DNA of 64,000 nucleotides from Kofleriaceae bacterium. GTDB taxonomy: Bacteria; Myxococcota_A; Polyangia; Haliangiales; Haliangiaceae. The notes under the pieces were generated by a model. It did not search any database. It had not been told where the DNA came from and saw nothing but the letters and a program-made list of their open reading frames with translations. Positions 17,193-30,169 of this stretch are shown here, in pieces. The stretch lies in contig CBDCCZ010000005.1 in assembly GCA_965215005.1 (NCBI GenBank), positions 1-64,000 of the forward strand, given 5' to 3'. Each line of letters starts with the position of its first letter. Positions within the stretch are counted from its first letter, which is position 1. The position numbers and the translations under genes were made by a program.

Positions 17193-18528
17193 ATGCGGCT
17201 GTTCCGGCTCCTGCTTCTGCTTGTCCTCGCACTGCCCACCGTTGCTCGAGCCAACGGCCGATTCCCCGCCACCGTGAGCAGTCATGGCCAACCCGGCGAC
17301 AACGACACGCTGCTGGTGGGCGCAACCTTTGGCCTGCTGCTGTCGAGCGACGGCGGCAACACGTTTCGCTGGGTCTGCGAAGACGCCATCGGCTACGGCG
17401 GCACCTTCGATCCGAAGTATCGGGTCGCCGCGAACGGCGCCATCTACGCCACCACCTTCGACGGCCTGCGAGTGAGTCGCGACGGGGGCTGCACCTGGAA
17501 ATTGCTGGGCGGGGCTCTCGCTGATCATTGGGTGGACTGGGTCGAGCTCGGCGCTGACGGCGCGGTATGGGTCGCCACCTCTTCGGGGGGCAAGCCCAAC
17601 GACGTCTTCCGCTCGACCAACAACGGCAAAACGTTCACGTCGATGGGTCTTCTGCATCCGTCGGCGTGGTGGAAGTCGATTGCCCTGCCGGATTCTGCCG
17701 ATAGCCCCATGGTCTACGTCAGCGGCTATCGCGTCGCCGGCGAAAGCCCCGACGGCGGCACCCGAGGACCAGAGGCGCTGCTCTACCGCAGCAGCAACGG
17801 CGGGACCAGCTGGGAGCAGCTGCCGGTAGGCGATTTTCGTCTCGGCATGATGCCGCTGGTCATGCTGCTCGGAGTGGCCCCCGGCGCGCCAGACACCCTG
17901 TATGCGAAGTCCATCGGGATCAAGCACAGCCCGCCCGATGAGACGGTGGGCGACATCCTCTATGAATCGACCGACGCCGGCGCGAGCTGGCAGGAGCTCC
18001 TCGTCCTCGAAGACGCGATCAAGGCGTTTCTGCTGCGAGCCGACGGCACGCTGATCGTTGGCACCGTCAACGCAGGAACGCATATTCGCGCAGCCGGGAC
18101 CACCGAGTGGACGCAGCCGGCGGAGCCGCTGCAGATGGCCTGCATCACCGAGCAGCCCGACGGAACGCTGTTTGCCTGCGGCGCCAATTGGGATCCCGAC
18201 TTCATGGCCGTTGCTCGCAGCAGCGATGGCCAAAGCTGGACTGAAGTGCTGCGTTTCGCCAACATCGTCGCGCCGCTGGCCTGCCCCGCCGGCACCATCC
18301 AGCGCGACACCTGCGAAGCCAAGCTGTGGCCGAGCATCGTCGAGCAGTTTGGCATCGGCCGCGGCGATGCGGGCCCCGGCGGCGACGCGGAGAATCCCGA
18401 CGCCGGCGCCAGCGGCGCAAACAGCGGAGGCGGCGGCTGCTGCGACGCTGGCGGCACCTCCGGCGCCAGTGCGATCCTGCTATCGATGGGGGGTGCTGCT
18501 TGTCCTGCGCCGCCGGCGACTGATATAG
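17193..18528 (+). CDS. Secreted BNR/beta-propeller protein with MYXO-CTERM-like tail (one-base frameshift at ~18490)
   Basis: Signal peptide; repeated S.DGG..W/F Asp-box motifs. The tail GGGGCC...AILLSM continues as GVLLVLRRRRLI* if one G of the G6 run is removed. Confidence 0.75.
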
Positions 18529-18535
18529 AGCCGGC

Positions 18536-19432
18536 ATGGGGGAAATCAATGCGGTCGCCGCGCCTTTGGGTGCTGCGCTGGTGCTGCTTGCCATGGCGGC
18601 GTGCCAGTTCGACACCAGCGGCATCGGACGCGCCGCGCCTGGAGACGCCGGCGGTGCGATTGTGCCCATGGCCGACGCGACCCCAGCATCCACGCCCGAT
18701 GCAGGGCCACCTGTCATCGATGAGGTCGACGCGGCGCCGATGCCGCAGCCGGAGCCCGGCGTGCTCCGCGCGCGCGCCGTCTCGCCGCCACCGGTGCTCG
18801 ACGGCTATGCCGATGACTGGGCCGGCAGCCACTGGGTCGAGCTCGATCTCGCCAGTGCGGCGCAGCGCAGCATCTTCAATCCCAATTACGGGACGGCGAC
18901 GGCGTCGATGCGCGTGGCCGCCGCTTACGACGCCGCCTTCGTGTACTTGTTCATCGAGGTTCGCGACGATGTCCTGGTTTTCGATTCGGAGCGATTGCTG
19001 TACGAAGACGACGCCGTGCACCTCTACATCGATGGCAACGGCGATCGCAGCGGCCCTTACGCCTCCGACGATCACGACCTGGTGCTCAGAGGAGATGGCA
19101 TGTACTTCGATTTTGCTTCTGAGGCCCGCGACCTCGAGCTGACCGGAAAGCATCGCATCACCGCGACCGGCTACATCTACGAGATTGGCATCGCACGCGC
19201 CAGCATCGCCGCGACCATCGAGTCGAGCTTGGGAATCAACCTCGGGCTCAGCGATGACGATGCGCTGGACGATCCGCCGAGCCCCATGCCCACCGACGGC
19301 ACCGAAGCCGATGCCTATGGCCTCTGGTACTTGCGACCGGCGCCGCGCTGCCAAAGCTGCTGCGTTCGTTACGATGGCGGACCGTGGGCCTGGTGCGACA
19401 CCACGTTGCACGGCCTCCTGATCCTCGAATAG
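18536..19432 (+). CDS. Lipoprotein with CBM9/DOMON-like sugar-binding domain
   Basis: Lipobox AMAAC; PPVLDG..DDW, AAYD...VYL..EVRDD, DDAVHLYID, GY.YEI.I. Confidence 0.75.
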   Translation: MGEINAVAAPLGAALVLLAMAACQFDTSGIGRAAPGDAGGAIVPMADATPASTPDAGPPVIDEVDAAPMPQPEPGVLRARAVSPPPVLDGYADDWAGSHWVELDLASAAQRSIFNPNYGTATASMRVAAAYDAAFVYLFIEVRDDVLVFDSERLLYEDDAVHLYIDGNGDRSGPYASDDHDLVLRGDGMYFDFASEARDLELTGKHRITATGYIYEIGIARASIAATIESSLGINLGLSDDDALDDPPSPMPTDGTEADAYGLWYLRPAPRCQSCCVRYDGGPWAWCDTTLHGLLILE

Positions 19433-19439
19433 CGCGCTT

Positions 19440-20315
19440 TCAAGGAGTAGTCTCCTCCGCGAGAGTCACCCGCCAGCTCGGATAGCGCAGCCGCAGCCCC
19501 AGCTCTTGCTTGACGCGGCGGTTGGAAATCCGGCGGTTGGCGCCCAGCATGGACACGACCGTCGAGCTCACGTCGGTGGTCGGCACGTGCGGCGGCGGCG
19601 GCAACTGCAGCGCCTCGGCCACCGCATAAGCATGCTCGGTCGAGGTCGCGGGCTCATCGTCGGCAAGATTGTAGACGCGGCTCGGCAACCGTTCGACGAC
19701 GCCGGCCAAAATGATGGCCGACGCCAGATCATAGACGTGGATGCGATTTACGTAGGTATCGCCATCGCCGATGATTCGATAGTTGCCGCGCTTCATCCGC
19801 TCGATGACGCCACGGCCGGGACCGTAGATTCCCGAGGCCCGCAGCGTCACGGCGTCGACGCCGGCCGCCTCCGCTGCCTCCAAGAGGGCGGATTCCGCCG
19901 CCAGCCGCGCCGCGTTGCGCTCCGAGGCTGGCGCGACCGGCTGGTCCTCATCCATCCACCGGCCATCGCTCGGCGGATACACCCCGGTCGACGAGACGTA
20001 GACGATGCGGCGGGCTCCCGCGGCCGCTGCGGCGCGAACCAGCGCTCGCTCGCCCTCGGGCTCACCGGGCCCCGGCGGAGCGGTGTCGACGATGACCGCG
20101 CCCGCCAACGGCAGCGCCGCGAGCGTCGTCGGCTCGGCGAGGTCCGCGACCACGGCGCGAGCCCCGGTGGCCGCTGCCAGCTCGGCTGCCGCCCCGCCCG
20201 AGCGACGCGTCGCCACCACCTCGGCGCCGGCGATCAGCAGACGCTCGGCGAGATGACTACCGGTGAAACCGCCGCCGATGATGACCCAGGGAATGTCTCG
20301 TGAGCGCTCATCCAT
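19440..20315 (-). CDS. NAD-dependent epimerase/dehydratase (extended SDR)
   Basis: [36 protein letters not shown]. Confidence 0.85.
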   Translation of the reverse strand: MDERSRDIPWVIIGGGFTGSHLAERLLIAGAEVVATRRSGGAAAELAAATGARAVVADLAEPTTLAALPLAGAVIVDTAPPGPGEPEGERALVRAAAAAGARRIVYVSSTGVYPPSDGRWMDEDQPVAPASERNAARLAAESALLEAAEAAGVDAVTLRASGIYGPGRGVIERMKRGNYRIIGDGDTYVNRIHVYDLASAIILAGVVERLPSRVYNLADDEPATSTEHAYAVAEALQLPPPPHVPTTDVSSTVVSMLGANRRISNRRVKQELGLRLRYPSWRVTLAEETTP

Positions 20316-20361
20316 CGCCAGAGTTTGCTCCTTTGCGCCGCTCCTCGCTACGATAGCGGCG

Positions 20362-21705
20362 ATGCCGCGAGTCCACGCGCTTTGGTTGCTCCCCTTGCTC
20401 GCATCGGTTTCTGGATGCGGCGGCTCGGCCAAATCGGTCGAGTCCTCGGGCGATGACTGGATGGATCTCGATGTCGGCGGCGCCGATCACCCGCTCGCGG
20501 GCTATCGCGGCCACTTCTTGCTCACCTGGAAAGGCGCGCGCGTGGGCGAGGCTATCGAAGAGCTCACGCCCAGCCAAGATGCGGCGGGGCTGCGATTCGT
20601 TCGTCGCGAGCACCTTCGCGTGACCCGCGAGGGCGTTACCAGCGACTCAGAGCTCGAAGTTGCCATCGATACCGATGCCAGCCTGCGCGCGTATCGCGTC
20701 GAGGTCCGGCAACGAGCCGCGGCTTCGCGGATCGAAGGCCTGGCGGAACGGGACCAGAGCGGCGACTGGCGGGTGAGCTTCGCCGGTGAGCCCGAGCGCA
20801 CGATTCCCGGTGAAGCGGTGCCGATGGAGCTGGTGCCGCTGCTCGTAGCAAGCGATGGCAGTGGCCAGATTTCTGGCCGCCGCTTTTCTGGCCTCGTGAT
20901 GATGCCCGGCTATGGGTTTGGTACCGGCAAGCTGACCGTCACTGCCGCATCCTCCAGTCGGGCGCGCGCCGTGCTCTCCACCGACGCGGGCCTGCTGGTA
21001 GGCGAGCTCGAGCTCGTCAAAGATGGCACCATCGCACGAGTCGCCGGCGCCGACGGCAGTGGTGCCCGCCGCGTCTCGGCGCTTGCAGCGCAGCAGCCCT
21101 TCGCGCCTCCCGAGCTCGTCACCTCCGCGAGCTTGCCGGTCGCGGGCGCCCGCGGCGCCCCACAGCACCTGCGCTTGCAAGACATCCAGCGGCCGCTACC
21201 CCCGCCGCTGCCGGGACAGCGCGTCACCGCCGCGGCCAATGGTGATTGGCACGTGGAGCTGGGCCGTGGCGATGCCTTCACGCCTGCAGCGCCAGCCGAT
21301 GCGGCGAGCATGGCCGATGTCGTGGCGCTGGTGCGCTACACCGCCGAGGTCATCGAAGACGATCTGTCGATCAGCGCGCCGAGCCCGCGTGCTGCGGTGC
21401 TGATGGGCCGCGGCGACTGCACCACCCATGCGCTTGCGTTTGCCGCCTTCGCACAAGAGCAAGGACTCGCGGTGCGGTTGGTAACTGGCTTTCGCCTCGA
21501 CGAGCGCGGCGTGCTGGTGCGGCATCGCTGGGCGATCGTCGCCGTCGACGGCCGGTGGGTGGCCGTCGATCCGACGTTCGGCGAAGCCCCCGCCGCCGCG
21601 CGCTTGCTCGGCCTCGCCGTGCACGCCGCGGCGCCGGCAGAGCTTGGCATCGCCGGCGACTTGGCCTACGCCGGCCTCGATCGGACCCGGGCCCGCGCCG
21701 ACTGA
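20362..21705 (+). CDS. Transglutaminase-like lipoprotein
   Basis: Lipobox VSGC; Cys-His-Asp triad in GDCTTHA, RHRW, VDPTFG. Confidence 0.8.
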   Translation: MPRVHALWLLPLLASVSGCGGSAKSVESSGDDWMDLDVGGADHPLAGYRGHFLLTWKGARVGEAIEELTPSQDAAGLRFVRREHLRVTREGVTSDSELEVAIDTDASLRAYRVEVRQRAAASRIEGLAERDQSGDWRVSFAGEPERTIPGEAVPMELVPLLVASDGSGQISGRRFSGLVMMPGYGFGTGKLTVTAASSSRARAVLSTDAGLLVGELELVKDGTIARVAGADGSGARRVSALAAQQPFAPPELVTSASLPVAGARGAPQHLRLQDIQRPLPPPLPGQRVTAAANGDWHVELGRGDAFTPAAPADAASMADVVALVRYTAEVIEDDLSISAPSPRAAVLMGRGDCTTHALAFAAFAQEQGLAVRLVTGFRLDERGVLVRHRWAIVAVDGRWVAVDPTFGEAPAAARLLGLAVHAAAPAELGIAGDLAYAGLDRTRARAD

Positions 21706-21782
21706 GGCGCGGCATCGAAGGCGCGAGGTTGCTGATGCGCGCAGCGCTGGCCGTCTGGACGGGCAACCGGTAGCCTCGAGCG

Positions 21783-23291
21783 GTGACTCCGCGGCCCCGG
21801 CTGACCATCTTGGTCAAGCTGCTCCTAGCGTTTGCGCTGCCGACGCTGGCGCTCTTTGGCGGCTTTGCGTTTTTGGCGCATGAGGTGGCGCGTCGCGATC
21901 TCGAAGCCGAGCTTGGCACCCGTCTCGAGGCGATTGCAGCGACCGCAGCGCTGCAAATCCGCGGCAAGTATCTCGTGCCGCTCACCGCGGGCGACGAGGA
22001 CGATCGCGCCTACCAGAACGCGTTGCGCAAGCTGCAAGCCATTGTCGAAGCCACGGGCGTAGCGCGCATCTACGTGTTCGATGCGCAGTTCACCTCGCGG
22101 CTCGATACCGCAGCAGAGATGCCCATCGGCGGGCAACATTTCCAGGCGGAGCTCGATCGTCTCGAGCTCGAGTCGGTGTTCGCCAGCGGTCGCGCGGTGT
22201 CTTCGGTGCTGTTTTCCTCCGCGCGCCCCGGCAGCGACGCTCCGCACTTTTACAAAGCTGGCTACGCGCCCGTTCGCGCGTCAGAGAATGAGCCCGAGAT
22301 CGTCTTGGCGCTCGGCGTCGATGCGCCCGCCGCCTACTTCCAGCGGCTCGCAGCGCTGCGACGAAGCTTGCTTTGGTACGGCATGGTGCTCGCGCTCCTG
22401 GTGCTGAGCATCTCCGTGGTCATGGCCACGCGCATCACTCGCCCGGTGCGCATCTTGGCCGACGCCGCGCGCCGCATCGGCCGTGGCGAGCTCGATCGCG
22501 CGGTGCCGCGGCCTTCGCGCGATGAGCTCGGGTTGCTCGCTCAGACCATGGACGAGATGCGGGTGAGCTTGGCGGCGCACGATGCGCGGATGCAGCAGAT
22601 GCTCGCCGGGGTCGCCCATGAGGTCCGCAATCCGCTCGCGGGAATCCAGCTCTTCGTCGGCATCTTGCGCGATGAGCTCGATGCAGGCGATGAGCGCCGC
22701 GGGCACGTGGAACGCATCGAGAGCGAGGTGATGCACCTGGAAGCCGTGGTTGGTGAGTTCCTCGACTACGCCCGGCGTCCCACGCTGCAAGCCGCGGCAA
22801 TCGATCTCGCGGCGCTGGCGCGCGAGGTACTCGACCTGGCCCGCAGCGAGGCCAGCACGCGGCAGGTCGAGCTGGTGCTAGAGGCACCACCGGCGGCCAT
22901 CGCGCAGGGCGACGCGCTGCAGCTGCGGCGCGCGCTCCTCAACTTGCTCAAGAACGCCATCCAAGCGGCCGGAGCGGCGGAGGGAGCGCGCCGCGCCGGT
23001 ATCGCCATCGAGCTCGACGCGCAGACGGCATCGGTGACGGTGCACAATACCGGCGCCGCCATCGCCCCCGAGCTGCGCGAGCGCATCTTCGAGCCGTTCT
23101 TCACCACGCGTGAAAAGGGCATTGGCCTCGGCCTCGCGTTCGTTCGCGAAATTCTCGCCGACCATGGCGCGCGCCTGCAGTTGACGAGCGAGCGCGACGA
23201 TACCCGGTTTTGCTTTACGCTGCCGCGCGTCGCAGTAGCAAGCAGCCGGGCGAGCGATCACGCGAGCGACCCCGCGGTCGCCAAGGAGTGA
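21783..23291 (+). CDS. HAMP-domain sensor histidine kinase
   Basis: Two TM segments, HAMP, H-box AHEVRNPL, N-box NLLKNA, FEPFFTT, G.GLGL. Confidence 0.93.
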   Translation: MTPRPRLTILVKLLLAFALPTLALFGGFAFLAHEVARRDLEAELGTRLEAIAATAALQIRGKYLVPLTAGDEDDRAYQNALRKLQAIVEATGVARIYVFDAQFTSRLDTAAEMPIGGQHFQAELDRLELESVFASGRAVSSVLFSSARPGSDAPHFYKAGYAPVRASENEPEIVLALGVDAPAAYFQRLAALRRSLLWYGMVLALLVLSISVVMATRITRPVRILADAARRIGRGELDRAVPRPSRDELGLLAQTMDEMRVSLAAHDARMQQMLAGVAHEVRNPLAGIQLFVGILRDELDAGDERRGHVERIESEVMHLEAVVGEFLDYARRPTLQAAAIDLAALAREVLDLARSEASTRQVELVLEAPPAAIAQGDALQLRRALLNLLKNAIQAAGAAEGARRAGIAIELDAQTASVTVHNTGAAIAPELRERIFEPFFTTREKGIGLGLAFVREILADHGARLQLTSERDDTRFCFTLPRVAVASSRASDHASDPAVAKE

Positions 23292-23293
23292 GC

Positions 23294-24667
<1,374 letters not shown>

Positions 24668-24760
24668 GCAACCTCGGAAATCTGAGACAGCAGTCGCGCC
24701 AGGCTCCACTTTGTCGCGTATGCCATGAGGATACGCCTCTTAATTTCAGCTAGTTACCAT

Positions 24761-24776
24761 TGGCATGAGCACTGCT
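24761..24776 (+). promoter_or_regulatory. Sigma-54 (-24/-12) promoter with upstream IHF-like site
   Basis: TGGCATGAGCACTGCT has GG-N10-GC spacing. AT-rich ATTTCAGCTAGTTA at 24743-24756 resembles WATCAR-N4-TTR. Confidence 0.6.
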
Positions 24777-24789
24777 ATCATCGCTAAAC

Positions 24790-25977
24790 GTGCTCGCCGG
24801 GCTGCTCATGACCTGCGCTTCGCTGGTCCAACTCATGATTTCCGGCCCGGCGGTAGCGGCGGGTTCCGGCGCGCCGCGCGCCGCGATCTCCGCGCCCTCG
24901 CGCACCTCTATGCTTCCCGCGCCGATGGCGGCGCCGGCCACGTATCTTGCCGCCACCGACGAGGCGGCGGCAAAGCTCGCCGCGGCCAGTCGCGAGCGCC
25001 AGGCGTTGCGAGCCCGTAAGGCGCTTCTGAGCAGCCGCTACGACAAAGAGCTGGCCGCCATCGATCGACTCAAGGAGCGCAAGGCCTCGTGGCGACGCGA
25101 CCGGCTGCTGCGTGAGGCCCTGGCGCAGTCGCTGGCCACGGCGCGCGCGCTCGCAGCCCACGACCGCGCGCTGCTCGCCGCCGATCGAGCCGTGAGCCAG
25201 CGTCGCCGCCAGCTCATCGCTGCGATCGATCGCGAGCTCGCGCAGCCGCCGGCGATCGGCGCTGCGCTGGCGCGGGTGCTCGGCACCGCCTCGCCAACCG
25301 GACAGCGCCGGCGGGTGCTCCGCGCGTGGCGCACCGCCGCGCTCGCGCGCCTCGAGCCGGCGGCCAAAAAGATCGTCCTGCCCGAGGTTGCCATCGATCC
25401 GCTCGCCGATCCGGAGGAGCTCGACTACCAAGCCGCGCTCCTCGCCGAGGCTGAACGCGAGCTCGAACGGCAGGTCCGCGCGCTGGCCACGCGCGAGAGC
25501 AGCTATCGCCGGATGCAGGCGCTGCGCGACAAGCGCCGACGCGCCGCTGAGCTGGGCGCCTTTGATGACGAGACGCCGCGGCGCGGGGCCGCCGGACGCG
25601 CGGTGCCGGCAGCAGCAGACGATCGCAGTGAAGGCGCCGAAGGCGACGGTGCTGCGCCCCCTCCTGGAAGCTCCGGCGATCCCGCTGGCGAGCCCGGTGC
25701 GCCACAAGACCCGAGTGGCGGCGACCCCGACGTGCCGACCAACCCCGTGCCAACCGACGCGGGGCGCCCAGGCTCCCCAGACCCCGTGCTGGTACTTTCG
25801 GAGGTCGTCGACGATGCGACTCTCGAGGCCATGCGGCAAGCCGAACGCTCCGCCGATCCCGCGCTCAAAGCGCGAGCCGCCGCGCGCACTCGCCAAGCGG
25901 TGCAGGCGCGGCTCGAAACCCTCCGCGCCACCCGCGCGCGCGTGCAATCGCGGGCCAAAACCCTGCGCCAGCGCTGA
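24790..25977 (+). CDS. Hypothetical secreted coiled-coil protein (start uncertain; ATG 24808 possible)
   Basis: Long ORF with an Ala/Arg/Glu helical pattern, a Pro/Gly linker and a hydrophobic N-terminus; coupled to the next gene (TGATG). Confidence 0.65.
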   Translation: MLAGLLMTCASLVQLMISGPAVAAGSGAPRAAISAPSRTSMLPAPMAAPATYLAATDEAAAKLAAASRERQALRARKALLSSRYDKELAAIDRLKERKASWRRDRLLREALAQSLATARALAAHDRALLAADRAVSQRRRQLIAAIDRELAQPPAIGAALARVLGTASPTGQRRRVLRAWRTAALARLEPAAKKIVLPEVAIDPLADPEELDYQAALLAEAERELERQVRALATRESSYRRMQALRDKRRRAAELGAFDDETPRRGAAGRAVPAAADDRSEGAEGDGAAPPPGSSGDPAGEPGAPQDPSGGDPDVPTNPVPTDAGRPGSPDPVLVLSEVVDDATLEAMRQAERSADPALKARAAARTRQAVQARLETLRATRARVQSRAKTLRQR

Positions 25978-27212
25978 TGCGGCACTCGCGAAGCTGCCAC
26001 ACGCGCTTAGTAGCGCTTCTTCGCAGCGTGCCCCCCGCGACCGCCGCGCTCGGGTTCCTCGCGATTTCGCTAACGAGCCTTCCCGCCAGAGCCGAGGTTG
26101 CACGGCTCTCGCTCGCGCTCGAAGCCGGCAGCGAGTACGACAGCAACGTCCATCGCATCGAAGAGGATCCCGCCGCCGAAGACCGCACCATCACCGGCGC
26201 ACCGCTGGCGCGACTGGCCTGGCGCGGCCGGCTGCAGCTGCAGCCAAGCTCCCGCGATCGGCTCGGGTTTGCCGGCTTGCTGGCCGCCAAGCTCATCGGC
26301 ACCGCCGAGGCGCAAGAAGAAACCCTCTTCGTGGCCTCGGGCGAGGCGCGCTACGACCGCCGCATCCCATCGCGCAGCGCGCTCTTGAGCGTTCGCGGCA
26401 GCTACTACGATGCCTCCTCGGCGCCGCTGGTTACCGACACCGGCACCACCTACGCCTCCCGCACCTTTGCGCTCGGCGGCGCCGACGTCGGCCTCACTAT
26501 CGCTGGGCCAGGCAGCCACGTCGTGGCGCTCACCGCCGGTTTGCGCCGCTTCCGTTACGACCCCGACGCCGACTTCGACTGGACCGGCGAGGGCTACGAC
26601 CTGCGCTACGCGACCACCGCCTGGAAAGACGATGCGCTCGAGCCCGCCGCCGTCGACGTAGCGGCAAGCTATCGACTCGAGCATCGCCGCTTTGCCAGTA
26701 GCGCGCTCACGCGCGGCTGCGCCGAGGACGTCGCGCCCGATCCGCGGTGCTTCGTTCCGACCGATTTGCCACGCGCCGACCTCAATCATCGCGCCGCCGC
26801 GGAGGTGGTCTACACCGCCAAGCGCATCTACAGCGGCCGACTCGAGCTCGAGGTCAACGACTCGAGCAGTGTCGGGCAATCGCTCGCCCGTCAACGGCTC
26901 GAGCTCGGCGTCACCAGCGCCCTCGCCGGCGGCGTGTACCTCACAGCGCGGGCGACGGTGCAAGTAAACATCTTCCTCGACCCCCTATTGCTCGCGCGCG
27001 ACATCAACAATCAAACCTTCACCGCTATCGATGATGAAAATCGCAACTCTTTGATCCTCCAGCTAGCGCGCGACCTTTTTGGCGGATGGACCGCGGAGGC
27101 ACGCTACGCGCTGTTTACCAACGAGCTCGCTACGCAAGAGCGGCGCTTCCGCCGCCAGATGGTGTATCTCGGCGTCCTCTACGCTTACGACTCGCAGCAA
27201 GATTCGCAGTAG
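25977..27212 (+). CDS. Putative outer-membrane beta-barrel protein
   Basis: Signal peptide, GSEYDSNV start of the mature chain, alternating aromatic beta strands, C-terminal VYLGVLYAY. Confidence 0.6.
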   Translation: MRHSRSCHTRLVALLRSVPPATAALGFLAISLTSLPARAEVARLSLALEAGSEYDSNVHRIEEDPAAEDRTITGAPLARLAWRGRLQLQPSSRDRLGFAGLLAAKLIGTAEAQEETLFVASGEARYDRRIPSRSALLSVRGSYYDASSAPLVTDTGTTYASRTFALGGADVGLTIAGPGSHVVALTAGLRRFRYDPDADFDWTGEGYDLRYATTAWKDDALEPAAVDVAASYRLEHRRFASSALTRGCAEDVAPDPRCFVPTDLPRADLNHRAAAEVVYTAKRIYSGRLELEVNDSSSVGQSLARQRLELGVTSALAGGVYLTARATVQVNIFLDPLLLARDINNQTFTAIDDENRNSLILQLARDLFGGWTAEARYALFTNELATQERRFRRQMVYLGVLYAYDSQQDSQ

Positions 27213-27245
27213 CCACGCCAAGAGCTGCGCTCTACAATCGCTACG

Positions 27246-28022
27246 ATGTCTTCAGGCCTTCGCATCGCTGGGCTGCTGGCGATCGTAATCGCCGGCTGCG
27301 CCGGCGACCGCGCACCGGATCTCCTCGGCGGCGGCAACCTCGGTGGTCGCAGCGATCCCGCCATGCCCGGCGATGCCGATGGTGGCGCCGATACCGGCCG
27401 CATCACGATCGCGGGGCGCGCGTGCTTGGTGTTCGATCTGCGCGCGCCCGCCGCTTGTCCCGCCGCCAATCTCGGTGGCCTCGTCATCGATGCCGGCGCG
27501 CTGCGCACTCAAACCGACGCCAGCGGCCGCTTCGAGCTCGAGATCGACGCCGCCACCGAGTCGCTGGTGCTCAGCACCGGCTTTGGTCAAAGCGCCGTGC
27601 AGCCGAGCGTGGTGCAGCTGTTTCCCCGCGGCCAAGATCTCACCGACGTGCTGATTCCCGTCGTCGACGCCACGACCTGGGCGCGCCTCACCACCGCTAC
27701 CGCCGTGATTGCGGCGGAAGACAGCGCGACCATCATTGCGTATATATATCGCGGCAACACCCCGGCCGCGGGCGCCACCGCGATCACGCCGCCCGCGGCA
27801 ACGCCGTTCCCCGCCTACTACGAGGGCTTCCGTGGCGGCCCGTTCGATTGGATCATCGGCACTGGCACCGGCGTCTCCGGCACCATCATCTTCTTCGGCG
27901 TCGACGCCACCAGCTCGTTTGTGGACTTCAGCGTCGGCTCGTCTGCGGCTGCCGACGTCGTCAACGTCGACGACGTCGCCGTGTTGCCCGGCGCGATTAC
28001 GTTTCTCTCGGTCGACTTGTAG
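27246..28022 (+). CDS. Lipoprotein with carboxypeptidase-regulatory-like beta-sandwich
   Basis: Lipobox IAGC; TQTDASGRFEL motif. Confidence 0.65.
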   Translation: MSSGLRIAGLLAIVIAGCAGDRAPDLLGGGNLGGRSDPAMPGDADGGADTGRITIAGRACLVFDLRAPAACPAANLGGLVIDAGALRTQTDASGRFELEIDAATESLVLSTGFGQSAVQPSVVQLFPRGQDLTDVLIPVVDATTWARLTTATAVIAAEDSATIIAYIYRGNTPAAGATAITPPAATPFPAYYEGFRGGPFDWIIGTGTGVSGTIIFFGVDATSSFVDFSVGSSAAADVVNVDDVAVLPGAITFLSVDL

Positions 28023-29397
28023 CGCCGCTAAAAGAGCGTGGTCGGCGCCCGACAGGCTCGAATTGGCGCAGCGCACGGCGCCATGCGGCGGCTTTCTCTT
28101 CGGTCTCTTCGAGCTCGCGCGCCGCGGTGGAGTCGGCGACGATGCCGCCTCCGACGTGCAAGCGCAACTCGGCGGGCGTGAGCACGGCACAGCGAATGGC
28201 GATGGAGAGGTCCAGGGCGCCGTCAGCGCCCCAATACCCGATGGCTCCGGTGTAAGGGCCGCGCCGCGCCGGCTCAAGCTCATCGATACACTTCATCGCG
28301 GCGATCTTGGGCGCGCCGGTGATCGACCCGCCGGGAAAGGTCGCGCGCAGGATATCTGCCAAATCAAGATCAGGACGCGAGCGGCAGACCACGGTCGAGA
28401 CCAGGTGCAAGAGCGTTGGCAACTCGACGACCCGCGCGAACTCGTGCACCGCTACGCTGCCGATCTCGGCGATACGGCCGAGGTCGTTGCGCTCGAGGTC
28501 GACGATCATCAAGTGCTCGGCCAGCTCTTTGGGATCGGCAGCGAGCTCGCGCCGGCGAGCGGCGTCCTGGGCCTCGCCGGTGCGCCGACGGGTGCCTTTG
28601 ATGGGCCGGGTCTCGAGGCGACAGCTCTTGGCCCGGCGCTCCAGGAACCGCTCCGGCGAGCCAGAAATCAAGCTCATCCCGTCGGACTCGACGAGCGCGC
28701 CAAACGGCGCTGGAGCAATCTCGGCCAGCGCCGCGTAGACGGCGAGCGGATCGCCTGGCGCGAGCACCGGCGCCGTGAGCCGACGCGCCAAGTTGACCTG
28801 ATACACCGCGCCCGCGGCGATGCGCTGAAGGATGGAATCAACTTGCGCGGCGTAGACGTGGCCGTCGACCTCGGCGTGCAGCGCACCCAAGAGAGGCCCA
28901 TTTTCCGGCCCATGGTCCGCACCCAAGCGCGCCTCTAGGCGAGCCCGTGCCGCGGCATCGACGCCAACGACCCACTCGCGATCCTGCCGCTCATCGCGAA
29001 TCCACAGCGCGTCATACACCGCAACCCAACCATCGGCGACATCATCGCCAACGGTGGGCCCTGGGCCGATGGACTCGAGCTGCCAACCGAGCTCGTAGCC
29101 CAGGTACCCAATCGCCAGCGGCACCGGCACCCCCGGCGCCGGCGGAGCGATTCGCGCAGCGCTAGCGACCAGGTTCGCCACCGCAGTCAACACATCACCG
29201 CGCTGCTGCCGCACGATGACGCCCGCGTGATCGCGTTCGAGCAGCGTATCGCCCCATGCCTGCAGCGACCGCACTGGCTCACACGCGGCGAACGAATAGC
29301 GCCCACAGCCATCGTCATCGCGGCCGCTGTGGAGCAGCACCCGAGCGCGACGACCCGCCATGCGCGCGGCCACCGCAATGGCCCGCATTCGGCTCAC
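27997..29397 (-). CDS. pabB: Chorismate-binding enzyme (aminodeoxychorismate synthase / anthranilate synthase component I)
   Basis: [57 protein letters not shown]. pabB is preferred over trpE on motif flavour only. Confidence 0.8.
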   Translation of the reverse strand: MSRMRAIAVAARMAGRRARVLLHSGRDDDGCGRYSFAACEPVRSLQAWGDTLLERDHAGVIVRQQRGDVLTAVANLVASAARIAPPAPGVPVPLAIGYLGYELGWQLESIGPGPTVGDDVADGWVAVYDALWIRDERQDREWVVGVDAAARARLEARLGADHGPENGPLLGALHAEVDGHVYAAQVDSILQRIAAGAVYQVNLARRLTAPVLAPGDPLAVYAALAEIAPAPFGALVESDGMSLISGSPERFLERRAKSCRLETRPIKGTRRRTGEAQDAARRRELAADPKELAEHLMIVDLERNDLGRIAEIGSVAVHEFARVVELPTLLHLVSTVVCRSRPDLDLADILRATFPGGSITGAPKIAAMKCIDELEPARRGPYTGAIGYWGADGALDLSIAIRCAVLTPAELRLHVGGGIVADSTAARELEETEEKAAAWRRALRQFEPVGRRPRSFSGATSRPRET

Positions 29398-30167
29398 GGC
29401 GCGTCTTCCTCGCCAGGAGCGGAACGACGCTCGCGCGCGCGCTGTCGCCGCCGCTCGCGAGCTTGCGCACGACGCCGTCGTTTGAGCGCGCGCAGCTTGA
29501 TGCGGCGCTGTTTGGCGCGCTCTTTGAGAGCCGCGCGAGTAATGCCTTGCTCGCGCAGCTCCGCCGCTTGCCGCGCCGCCGCCTCAGCAAAGAACTTGAA
29601 GTACTCCATCGCCGATAGCACCGACATCACCAGCGATAAGTAGAGGATATAGATGCCGATGGTATGGAAATCGAGCTCTACGTCGAAGAACAGAATCCGG
29701 TAAGGAAAGTGCAGCAGCAGAAACGCGATGCCCACCAGCTGCAGCGCAGTCTTGACCTTGCCACCGCGCCCTGCCGCGATCACGAGCCCTTCGCCCGAAG
29801 CGATCGCCCGCAGACCGGTTACGGCGAGCTCGCGCGTCATCAGCGCGATCACCAGCCATGCCGGCGCTCTGGCTTTATCGACCAGCATGACGAGGGTCGA
29901 AAGCACGATGAGCTTGTCGGCCAGTGGATCGAGAAATTTACCGACCACCGTTACCAAGCCGAGACGCCGGGCGAGGTAACCATCGAGCGCGTCGCTCGCC
30001 GCAGCTACCATGAAGATCAGGCACGCAAGCGCCGAATACGCGGCGCTGTAGTTATCGATCCAAATCAGCACCAACGGGATCAGCGCGATCCGCACCAACG
30101 TGATGAGGTTGGGTAGATCCGTGATCTCTTGCTGCAGAGGACGAAGCTTGGGCGCCGCACCAGCCAC
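29394..30167 (-). CDS. pgsA: CDP-diacylglycerol--glycerol-3-phosphate 3-phosphatidyltransferase
   Basis: [19 protein letters not shown]...[24 protein letters not shown]. Confidence 0.93.
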   Translation of the reverse strand: MAGAAPKLRPLQQEITDLPNLITLVRIALIPLVLIWIDNYSAAYSALACLIFMVAAASDALDGYLARRLGLVTVVGKFLDPLADKLIVLSTLVMLVDKARAPAWLVIALMTRELAVTGLRAIASGEGLVIAAGRGGKVKTALQLVGIAFLLLHFPYRILFFDVELDFHTIGIYILYLSLVMSVLSAMEYFKFFAEAAARQAAELREQGITRAALKERAKQRRIKLRALKRRRRAQARERRRQRARERRSAPGEEDAP

Positions 30168-30169
30168 GG

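Noticed and set aside
17193..19142. 649-aa ORF at full length
   Set aside because: Beyond ~18490 it is frameshift read-through overlapping a well-formed lipoprotein gene.
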